Below are positions 18,833 through 26,896 of a stretch of 32,000 nucleotides of DNA, piece by piece. The first letter of the stretch is position 1. Every line of letters begins with the position of its first letter. Position numbers and translations under genes: made by a program. Under the pieces are notes generated by a model. It saw only the letters and a list, made by a program, of their open reading frames with translations, ran no database searches and had not been told where the DNA came from. Origin of the DNA: an uncultured archaeon (lineage in GTDB: Archaea > Asgardarchaeota > Jordiarchaeia > Jordiarchaeales > Jordiarchaeaceae); contig CAZECW010000018.1 of assembly GCA_964510585.1 (NCBI GenBank), forward strand, positions 1 to 32,000, in the 5' to 3' direction.

Positions 18833-18868
18833 CCTCCTTCAGGCAGCGCCCTCATCATATGGTGGGGC
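18833..18868 (-). promoter_or_regulatory. Candidate K-turn (box C/D-like) in the rpl7ae 5' UTR
   Basis: AUGAUGA (18852-18858) and CUGA (18839-18842) lie immediately before the GGAGG ribosome-binding site (18833-18837). Confidence 0.6.
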
Positions 18869-18998
18869 TTCGCTTTTTTTGATTTTTAATGAGAAACAAG
18901 TTAACATACTTGGCTTATGAAATTTTTGGTTCAGGAGCATTTTTCACAAACTTAGGTTGAACCGCATCCCTTATTCAGTTGATTTTTCTCAGAAATAG

Positions 18999-19514
18999 TT
19001 AATCAGATAGGAATTTAAGAACCTCGTTAAATGCAATTTTAAACCACACAGTATATTTTTCGGGATGTTTTTCCACATTTTTTTTAAGGGTTTTCACATT
19101 CACCCATTTATAATCTTCTGCCTCCATTGGATTTACTTCAACTTTTCCATCATAATTACCAACAAAAACATGATCAAACTCATATTCCGTAAGATTATGA
19201 TCAAGATTAGCCTTATATATAAAAGCGAATATTTTTTTCAAATCACAATCAAAGCCCATTTCTTCTTTTAGTCTTCTATGAGCAGCTTGTTCCGTGTCTT
19301 CGCCGGGTCTCGGATGACTACAACAGGTATTTGACCACAGACCACCAGAATGATATTTACTTTTAGCCCGTTTTTGGAGAAGAGTTTCCCCCTTGGAGTT
19401 GAAAACAAATATGGAAAAAGCGCGGTGTAATCTCCCTTCTTCGTGTATTCTCATCTTTTCCCCAGTACCTATCTCGTTATCATTCTGATCCACAAGGATT
19501 ACCATTTCACTCAT
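18999..19514 (-). CDS. idi: Type 1 (Nudix-fold) isopentenyl-diphosphate delta-isomerase
   Basis: LHRAFSIFVFN, LLQKRA..KYHSGGLWSNTCCSHP, RRLKEEMG and EYEFDHVF motifs. Confidence 0.95.
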   Translation of the reverse strand: MSEMVILVDQNDNEIGTGEKMRIHEEGRLHRAFSIFVFNSKGETLLQKRAKSKYHSGGLWSNTCCSHPRPGEDTEQAAHRRLKEEMGFDCDLKKIFAFIYKANLDHNLTEYEFDHVFVGNYDGKVEVNPMEAEDYKWVNVKTLKKNVEKHPEKYTVWFKIAFNEVLKFLSD

Positions 19515-19699
19515 ACACCTTGCCTCCTACACACCTACACTTTTCTAAACCATTCTTTGATTATGGGGAGAAGTTTTACTGCTAAAATGTATTTTATTAT
19601 TTTTGAATCTTGTTATTTCATCATTATCTTGTTTTAAATCTCTCTTTTTGTTTACCTCAAGCCTTTGCTTGCAAGCCTTAAATCATGAGATAATTTAAC

Positions 19700-20506
19700 T
19701 CATCTCCGGTTGCATATAAGTGTTCCTAAATCCTGTTTGCCAAGTAGAGATTGGAGGATGTAACCATCCCTTTTTGCATTAATAATTTCTATTTGAATTC
19801 CTTTTTGAGCTAAGGGCAAGATCTCTAATATTTTACGATGCATGCCTCCCGTAACATCGGTTGTTTTGGATCCCGAAATGTTTTGTAGGGTTTTTTCGAT
19901 GTTATCTGTAGTAATTGAACGGATTAATACCGCGTTTCTATTTGTGTTGGGATCAGAATCAAATACTCCATCCACATCGGTTCCAAAAACCACACGTTTA
20001 ACATTTAAGTTCTGTGCCAAAAATGCCACGATGTGGTCGCCGGATAATATACTGTGACCTTGTTTTTCATCAAAAACAGCATCACCCCACAGCACCGGTA
20101 TACAACCCATATCCAGAGCAAATTTCACAGTTTTAGTATAAATTTCTGATATTTTACCACCGCTCTGAATAGAAATTGCGGAGGGTTGTAGCGGTATGGC
20201 AGGCAATCCCAGGCTTTGTAGCTCCTCTACAAGTATAAAATTTAGTTTACGCATAACCTGAATGGTTTTAGTGAACCCAAATATTTGGTTCCTAGACTTT
20301 AAACCCAGATGAATATTGTACTTATTTGCAATCCTATGTCCGAACGACCCCCCTCCATGAACTAGAACTATTTTCAAATCAGGACTCTGTTTCAAGGCGC
20401 TCTCAATTTCTCTACTAATTCTCCTAATGGTTTTAAAATCAGCTTGCATCTCCCTATCTTTTTTTGTAATAACGCTACCACCCAACTTAAGTATAACAAC
20501 ACTCAT
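19700..20506 (-). CDS. ipk: Isopentenyl phosphate kinase
   Basis: KLGGSVIT, VHGGGSFGH, SGDHI, GTDVDGV and DVTGGM motifs; ATG at 20506 behind GGAGAGG. Confidence 0.93.
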   Translation of the reverse strand: MSVVILKLGGSVITKKDREMQADFKTIRRISREIESALKQSPDLKIVLVHGGGSFGHRIANKYNIHLGLKSRNQIFGFTKTIQVMRKLNFILVEELQSLGLPAIPLQPSAISIQSGGKISEIYTKTVKFALDMGCIPVLWGDAVFDEKQGHSILSGDHIVAFLAQNLNVKRVVFGTDVDGVFDSDPNTNRNAVLIRSITTDNIEKTLQNISGSKTTDVTGGMHRKILEILPLAQKGIQIEIINAKRDGYILQSLLGKQDLGTLICNRR

Positions 20507-20620
20507 CAAAACCTCTCCCTGAAACAATTATTTTCTATTCAGCACACCTAATTGACGAAGATATTTCTGACTCCAAAATAATTGTAGCAAGTAAACTATC
20601 CTTATTTTATACAGATATTT

Positions 20621-21581
20621 CTATTCTACTTTTACTCCCTGCTGTGAAAAGTTGGTAATAATGGGTTTACCTCCCGCTTTTAGTATAGCATCCGCTATTT
20701 GTTTCTGTTTATCTTCTGAGGAAAGAGCGATCATACAGCCTCCTCCGCCCGCGCCTGTTAACTTTGCGCCATACGCTCCATTCTCTCTAGCGGCATTTAT
20801 TAGTTTGTTAAGCTCAAAAGTGGATACTCCAATTGCTTCTAGCAATCCCTGGTTTATGTCCATTAATTCTCCAAGTGCGCGAAAATCATTCTTGTCTAAA
20901 AGTTTTAGGCCTTCCATAACAATGAGCCCGATCGATTTAATAATTGGCTTCATTATTTTTTCTTGCCTTTGCTTTCTTAATCTCACCCTTCCAACCCATT
21001 CTGCAGTGCTCCTTTTTATACCTGAGTCCCCAATCACAAGGGGAATTTCGGCTTTTATTTTAACCTGCTTCATATTTCCCTTCTCGTAAAGTATTGCGCC
21101 ACCATAGGTTGCAATTGTGTTGTCGATCCCAGAAGGGGTTCCATGGACGGTTTTTTCAGCTCCAAAGGCTATACTTGAAATTTCAGAGTTTGACAGATCT
21201 AGGTCCAGACAAGCATTCATAGCCGCGGCAGTAGCTACAGAAACCGCCGCAGAAGAACCCAACCCAGCGCCTGGAGGTATCTCTGATTTTATTGAAATAT
21301 CGAAGCCTTTATGTAAGCTAGTTAGAGAAGAAATCTCCTTGCAAACGGTCCATACTGGTTTGAAAATTTGGGGTAAATGGGGAGGAGGGTGACTTTTATC
21401 AATTTTAAACTTTGCCGCCTGATCATATTCCTTTGAGTAAACTCGAGATATTTTCTCGTCACTCAAATTAACAGATACATAAACACGTTTATCTATAGAA
21501 GCCACTAAAGCGGGCTCACCGTAGACAACAGCATGTTCACCGAAAAAAAATAACCTTTCCGGGTGCAGAGGCGGTCACCAT
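20621..21581 (-). CDS. mvk: Mevalonate kinase, with a +1 frameshift in a T8 run near the 5' end (error or real)
   Basis: MVTASAPGKVI then, after deleting one T, FFGEHAVVYGEPA; PPGAGLGSSAA, HGTPSGID and KLTGAGGGG GHMP motifs. Confidence 0.9.
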
Positions 21582-21666
21582 GTTTAACACACCCATAATT
21601 AGACGTCGCAAGCCTTCTAAAAATTGTTACTATTCAATTAAAATTTAAAATAATAATCAGCACTCA

Positions 21667-22278
21667 TCACTGTCTCCTAACTTTGGCTTCAAATTCTTCT
21701 ACAGAAACGGGTAGCTGCCCGTCGGGTGGAATTTCTCCTCTCTCCCTGAGAACTTGCCGGGCTAATAGCCAGTATATTAGAGAGAGAGCTCTACGCCCCT
21801 TGTTATTGCTTGGAATAACCAAATCAATATTCTCAGTAGAATTATCGGTATCGCATAAAGCAACAACTGGAATTCTAGCTTTGGCTGCCTCACTCAATGC
21901 CTGTGAATCAGCCCTAGGATCAGTAAGCATTATAACATCTGGCTCAATATATCTGTCGAAAGACGGATTAGTGAATGTTCCCGGAATGAATCTTCCCGCA
22001 ATTGTATTAGCATGAATTATGCTGCTAAACTTGCGTACTGGTCTTTGACCATACTGTCTAGCTGACACGACGGCTATTCGGGCAGGTTCAAATCTCGCTA
22101 AAAAGCGACCGCCAATTCTTATTCTCTCATCTGTTTTTCGGATGTCGAGAACATAAAGTCCATCAGACCTTACTCGGTAGATGAAGGGCTCCATGCTCTT
22201 CGTTTTGACCTGAGTTCCAATATGGACACCCGCAGCTAGATACTTATCCAATGGGATTAGCAGTTCCGGCTCAGACAT
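21667..22278 (-). CDS. rps2: 30S ribosomal protein uS2
   Basis: [20 protein letters not shown] and NNKGRRAL motifs. Confidence 0.98.
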   Translation of the reverse strand: MSEPELLIPLDKYLAAGVHIGTQVKTKSMEPFIYRVRSDGLYVLDIRKTDERIRIGGRFLARFEPARIAVVSARQYGQRPVRKFSSIIHANTIAGRFIPGTFTNPSFDRYIEPDVIMLTDPRADSQALSEAAKARIPVVALCDTDNSTENIDLVIPSNNKGRRALSLIYWLLARQVLRERGEIPPDGQLPVSVEEFEAKVRRQ

Positions 22279-22353
22279 TACTTAACACGCTCTAAATCGT
22301 GATTTGATTTTGATGTCTAGTCAAATAAATTTTAAACCTAAAAATTTTGTGGA

Positions 22354-22554
22354 TTAGGTATGTTGACTAAAGGGAATTACATCATCAATCAGATTAACAT
22401 GACTTAGTAACATACGTCTACAACAATACCTTGTAAGTCCCATACTAGTTAAAACGGCATCGGGCGGCTCTCCTTGTCTTACTCTCCTAAGAAACTCTTC
22501 CCATTTGTCTCCTACCACTTTTCCACATGTAAAGCATCTTATGGGTATTATCAT
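22354..22554 (-). CDS. rpoN: RNA polymerase subunit N (Rpo10)
   Basis: [11 protein letters not shown]...[11 protein letters not shown]; ATG at 22554 behind GGTGA. Confidence 0.97.
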   Translation of the reverse strand: MIIPIRCFTCGKVVGDKWEEFLRRVRQGEPPDAVLTSMGLTRYCCRRMLLSHVNLIDDVIPFSQHT

Positions 22555-22697
22555 AAATCCAATCACCATTAAAAATTTAGGAATACTGACTTTCCCAAGT
22601 ACACAAGATTATATATAGCTTACCACATTAACATTATTTGGTTGATAAGCGAATAAATATGAGACCTCCATAATTTCCTCATCCCAGGGTGGACTGG

Positions 22698-23108
22698 TTA
22701 CCTATAACTTTTCTGTTCTTTTGCTCGGGCGCCCCTTCCTCCAGGTTTCTTAGGTTCCTTCCGTCTTGGGTCTGAAACTAGAATTTTTCTATCATACTCT
22801 AAAAGTTTTTGTCTTATTTGAGGGTCATCGAAATATTGAGTTAAGGCCTTCGAGATGGAGGTTCTAGCTGCTTCCGCTTGGCTAATCACTCCTCCACCCT
22901 TCACAGTAACATCTATGTCAACTTTATTATATAAATCAGGGCCTACAAGGAGTAAGGGTTCCAGTACCTTTTGGCTAGCTAGAAGCGGTTGCATTAGATT
23001 AATGGGGATGTTATTAACTCTAATTTTTCCCGTACCAGGTTTTAAGACCGCCCTAGCTATTGCATTTTTTCTTTTTCCACTTGTTAATATTACTACTTTT
23101 TTACTCAA
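22698..23108 (-). CDS. rps9: 30S ribosomal protein uS9
   Basis: GKRKNAIARA, GGGVISQAEA and DPRRKEPKKPGG motifs; TTG start. Confidence 0.98.
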   Translation of the reverse strand: MSKKVVILTSGKRKNAIARAVLKPGTGKIRVNNIPINLMQPLLASQKVLEPLLLVGPDLYNKVDIDVTVKGGGVISQAEAARTSISKALTQYFDDPQIRQKLLEYDRKILVSDPRRKEPKKPGGRGARAKEQKSYR

Positions 23109-23124
23109 TATTATTCCTCCAAGA

Positions 23125-23664
23125 TTAGATTCTGTCAGATGGAGGTACCCATCCTATTTCTCTGGAAAGTGTTTCTACTGTGATGTAGCTAGAGTCCGTT
23201 TTTTTGACATGTGCATCAGTAATTGTTTGAGCGGAAACTTGGCTGTAAAATTCAGGAGTTCCTATGTAAACTCTCAGACGCTTATAGGCTGCTTTTCCTT
23301 TAGGTTTCTTCCAAGGGAGCATGCCCCGAATGGTACGTTTAACTATCCTATCGGGTCTACGATAATGAAAAGGCCCCTTCCAAGGAGCGGTATGTGTTCT
23401 GATTTCTAATCTCGATTTATATTTAGATATGACTGCGCTTCTCTTGCCAGTAATTACCGCTTTCTCAGCATTAATAATCGCTATTTTTTCGCCTCTCAGC
23501 AGGCGATTGGCAACCACACTCGCTAACCTTCCAAGAATTAGGTTAGTAGCATCAATTACCGCTAAATTTTCGATTGGCAAATAGTCTCTGTTCTTCTTTT
23601 CCTTTGGTTTCTTTATCGTTTCTTCCAATTTGGCCTCTTTTCCCTCTTCTGACATTTCGCTCAC
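23125..23664 (-). CDS. rpl13: 50S ribosomal protein uL13 with a charged N-terminal extension
   Basis: IDATNLILGRLAS, INAEKAVITG and RTIRGMLP motifs; start either GTG 23664 or ATG 23655. Confidence 0.96.
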   Translation of the reverse strand: MSEMSEEGKEAKLEETIKKPKEKKNRDYLPIENLAVIDATNLILGRLASVVANRLLRGEKIAIINAEKAVITGKRSAVISKYKSRLEIRTHTAPWKGPFHYRRPDRIVKRTIRGMLPWKKPKGKAAYKRLRVYIGTPEFYSQVSAQTITDAHVKKTDSSYITVETLSREIGWVPPSDRI

Positions 23665-23668
23665 TCAT

Positions 23669-24034
23669 CTATTTGATTATTTTCACCTTAGTACCGGAAG
23701 GGTTTCTTTTAATGAGCTCTTGAATGGTTATGCATTCCCCTCCGGATTTTTTAGTTTTGTTGACAGCCTCTTCAGAGAAGGATAATGCTGCTATGCAAAC
23801 CTTATGTTCTAGCTCTCCTGAACCTAAAACCTTTCCAGGCACTAGAACTGTATCATCATTGACGGTGTGTCTATTAATTTGGGACAAGTTTACAGAGGTT
23901 CTGTTCCTTCTAGGTTTTCTTAACTCTTCTGAGACTCTTTTCCATATCTTACTTTTCTCTGATTTTGATTTTTTCTCGAGTTCAACTATTAATTTCCAAA
24001 TTTCGGGATTTGTGGGTCCTGTTGTTTTAGGCAA
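23669..24034 (-). CDS. rpl18e: 50S ribosomal protein eL18
   Basis: TGPTNP, VNLSQINR and VPGKVLGSG motifs; TTG at 24034 behind GGAGG (tracked ORF is over-extended). Confidence 0.96.
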   Translation of the reverse strand: MPKTTGPTNPEIWKLIVELEKKSKSEKSKIWKRVSEELRKPRRNRTSVNLSQINRHTVNDDTVLVPGKVLGSGELEHKVCIAALSFSEEAVNKTKKSGGECITIQELIKRNPSGTKVKIIK

Positions 24035-24083
24035 CTTTAGGCCTCCGCTTTTTATTGTATCTTTCAAAGCAAATATGGGCTTT

Positions 24084-24878
24084 TTAGGCGAGCAGTGATT
24101 GAAGTTGTTTAACCTTTTTCTCAAATATCTCTACAGCAGTTTCTACAATTTTTTCTGGAGGGAGAGCACCAGTAGATTCGATACTAAATATGAAGGAGGA
24201 GTCATCCGCATCAACGTGAATGGCGTCAAATTCACATTTTTCTTCGCATGACTTACACAGAGAACAATTTAAAACATCCTTAATCACTATTGATTTATTT
24301 TTCAGATCCAAAACACCCTTTGGGCAAATTGTTACGCATTCACCACAAGCTTCACATTTATCTCCCTCAAGTTGTACAATGGGCTTGTACTTGTAAGCAC
24401 ATGTAGAAACCGGTTGGTATTTTGCATGGTCTTTACCTTGACCGAGAGAAGCGTAAGCTTCCAGCACTATACGTTGCCCCCGAGCCAAACGAACAATTGG
24501 GATTTTATCACTAACGGGAACCACTGAGGGATCTTGAGATTTCAAGTCTCCAGAATAAACCGTCACACCCTCTTCTTCCGCCTCCCTCTCAAGCGTGAAA
24601 GTTAGCTGACACTGTGTGCAACCAGCTCCCTGACAACTGCATTCTTCCGGTAAAACATAATTCTCTAAATCGGTCTTAAGAGGAATGAGACCCAAACGGT
24701 GTGCAAGAATTTCATCAAATAGAGGAGACGTATTCTCAATAATAATGACTTCTTCGATAGCCATAGTTGGCACTTCGGCTAAGATAATACGCCTTAAGGC
24801 ATTGGCAAACGCTACATCAACATTTTCAAGCAGGAACCTTAGATTATTCGTGTCCTTAGATAATATTCGTATATTCAT
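24084..24878 (-). CDS. rpoD: RNA polymerase subunit D (Rpo3) with a ferredoxin-like domain
   Basis: FANALRR, DEILAHRLGLIPL and HAKYQP motifs; two CxxCxxCxxxC motifs. Confidence 0.97.
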   Translation of the reverse strand: MNIRILSKDTNNLRFLLENVDVAFANALRRIILAEVPTMAIEEVIIIENTSPLFDEILAHRLGLIPLKTDLENYVLPEECSCQGAGCTQCQLTFTLEREAEEEGVTVYSGDLKSQDPSVVPVSDKIPIVRLARGQRIVLEAYASLGQGKDHAKYQPVSTCAYKYKPIVQLEGDKCEACGECVTICPKGVLDLKNKSIVIKDVLNCSLCKSCEEKCEFDAIHVDADDSSFIFSIESTGALPPEKIVETAVEIFEKKVKQLQSLLA

Positions 24879-25018
24879 AATCACACCAACGAGCTACGTC
24901 AAAGTTGAATAAAAATGATGCTCAACCTTAGCAAGCATGAGTAAACAACATATGAAATTATAATATAAAGGTACTTGGTCTACACTTAAGATCTCGAGCT
25001 GAAATAAATAACTAATTT

Positions 25019-25420
25019 TTAGACCCTCCGACCACGTCGACCTCCTGGTCTACGTGTGCCGTCATGTGGATACGGAGTTACCTCTTCGATTCGCCCAATT
25101 CTCAATCCAGCCCTAGCCAAGGCACGTATTGCTGCTTGAGCTCCCGGCCCCGGTGTTTTGGGACCATGTCCACCTGGTGCTCTGACATAAATGTGTATTG
25201 CTGTGATACCCTTATCCATAGCTGCTTGCGCTGCTCTGTAAGCTGCTTGCATAGCAGCGTAGGGGGAGGACTCGTCCCGATCAGCTTTTACAATCATACC
25301 TCCTGAGTAACGCGCAATTGTTTCAGCACCGGAAATGTCCGTTATGTGAACTATGGTATCATTATAAGAGGAGTATATGCGAGCAATACCCCAATGAGGT
25401 TTTTTGGATTTTTCACTCAT
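25019..25420 (-). CDS. rps11: 30S ribosomal protein uS11
   Basis: [11 protein letters not shown] and [19 protein letters not shown] motifs. Confidence 0.98.
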   Translation of the reverse strand: MSEKSKKPHWGIARIYSSYNDTIVHITDISGAETIARYSGGMIVKADRDESSPYAAMQAAYRAAQAAMDKGITAIHIYVRAPGGHGPKTPGPGAQAAIRALARAGLRIGRIEEVTPYPHDGTRRPGGRRGRRV

Positions 25421-25446
25421 TTTTCATTCCCCTCAATTCAAATATA

Positions 25447-25983
25447 TTATCCTTCAACTTTAGTTTTGACGCGTTCAGGATGGTTGGGGTCGCTTAGCGG
25501 TGAAGAAGGAGCGAAGGACACCAAAGTCTCTTCCTCTCTAGTTACTAAGTATCCCGGCGAAGTTACGCGTCTATTATCTATTGCTATGTGTCCATGTGTT
25601 ATAAGTTGCCTTGCATGATAAATGGATTTGGACAACCCCAACTTATTAACTATAGTCTGTAACCGCCTACCTAATATGTCCTCAATGTTAAGTTTGAGAA
25701 CGTCATCCAAGGAAGCTTCATGATTTAGTATCCCTAAACGGTTAAGTCTTCCCACCAATAATTTTCTTGATTTTTCTTGTTCCTCGTCGGGAAGAGCGAG
25801 GCAGCGTCTAGCTTGATCCCTAAAGTTGCTAAGCATAGTGCTTGCTCGCCATATCTCTCTCTTATTTCTTAAACCATACTTACCTATGAGAATTAGTTCA
25901 CTGTGGATTCTATCCTTCTGGAAAGGATGCCTTGGAGTCTTGTACTTCTTTCTATGTCTTTTGGGATCACCCGTTTCAATCAC
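25447..25983 (-). CDS. rps4: 30S ribosomal protein uS4; true start may be ACG at 25974
   Basis: GDPKRHRKKYKTP, YGLRNKREIW and ARQLITHGHI motifs. Confidence 0.97.
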   Translation of the reverse strand: MIETGDPKRHRKKYKTPRHPFQKDRIHSELILIGKYGLRNKREIWRASTMLSNFRDQARRCLALPDEEQEKSRKLLVGRLNRLGILNHEASLDDVLKLNIEDILGRRLQTIVNKLGLSKSIYHARQLITHGHIAIDNRRVTSPGYLVTREEETLVSFAPSSPLSDPNHPERVKTKVEG

Positions 25984-25990
25984 CTCAAGT

Positions 25991-26443
25991 CTACTTTTTC
26001 TTTCTCCTTACACCCACGGTTTGACCTTTACGTCCCGTAGTTTTGGTGTGCTGTCCTCTTACCTTGAGTCCTAAGGCGTGACGTATGCCCCTGTAACTCT
26101 TCATTTTTCTCATATCATCAATGTCGGTTTTAATGGCTAAAGTGAGATCTGAACCAGTGAGATGTAAATATTCACCTGAACTTATGTCCTTTTGTCGATT
26201 AACCATCCATTTGGGAATGCCATATTTTACGGGGTTAGCTAAAACCTCCTCAATTTTTCTAACATCTTGATCCGAAATAAACCCCATTCTAATGTTAGGA
26301 TCAAGCCCAACAACCCGTATTATGGACTCCGCTAACCTGATACCCACTCCTTTAATTCCAGTCAAAGCGTAGGCTAGCTTTTTTGAACCGTCCAAATCTG
26401 TACCAGCAACTCGAACAAGATAACGGTACTCTTCCGACGACAA
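25991..26443 (-). CDS. rps13: 30S ribosomal protein uS13
   Basis: LTGIKGVG and YRGIRHALGLKVRGQHTKTTGR motifs; TTG start. Confidence 0.98.
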   Translation of the reverse strand: MSSEEYRYLVRVAGTDLDGSKKLAYALTGIKGVGIRLAESIIRVVGLDPNIRMGFISDQDVRKIEEVLANPVKYGIPKWMVNRQKDISSGEYLHLTGSDLTLAIKTDIDDMRKMKSYRGIRHALGLKVRGQHTKTTGRKGQTVGVRRKKK

Positions 26444-26648
26444 TTGTAAACACTCCTTATTAGGGAATCAAAAACAACAAAACACCAAATAAACTTTACG
26501 TACAGCATTTAACAGCAAAAAACAGTAAAACCAATAAAAAAATAAATATATCGCCCATTTTCACAGAAAACAAATAAATATTCTAAGAACTCTAAACTAA
26601 AAGGTAGCTAAAATTCACAAAAATTGAGAAAAATGTTAAAATGAAGAT

Positions 26649-26821
26649 GCCGGGGTAACCAAGTGGATCACGTTATAGGCGTACAAAAACGGTGCAGATA
26701 CTTACTAGTGTAGTTAGCACAAGCCTGGAGAATATCCTAGTAAGCCTGTGGTCCGAAAGGATCGCGCGAGTTCGAAAGGAAAATATTTATTATTTACCCG
26801 AGTGTCTCGCCCCCGGCGCCA
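26649..26821 (+). tRNA. tRNA-Ser(GGA) with four BHB-type introns (26670-26687, 26698-26722, 26731-26742, 26777-26804); 90 nt mature, encoded CCA
   Basis: Acceptor stem GCCGGGG/CCCCGGC, G73 and CCA; after removing the four segments: D stem ACC/GGU, anticodon arm CAGGC-CUGGAGA-GCCUG, long variable arm, T arm GCGAG-UUCGAAU-CUCGC. Confidence 0.9.
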
Positions 26822-26896
26822 ATAACTACCCTTTTCAGTGGCCGGAACATATTTTGACTTGTTAAAACTAGGTAGGAATAACTGGATTTTGGATGC

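Noticed and set aside
22279-22697. Search for the tRNA and rpoK often found around rpoN
   Set aside because: Spacers are short and AT-rich with no cloverleaf or ORF; simple absence from this locus
24250-24360. Two 4Fe-4S motifs in RpoD
   Set aside because: Well-known feature of many archaeal Rpo3 subunits
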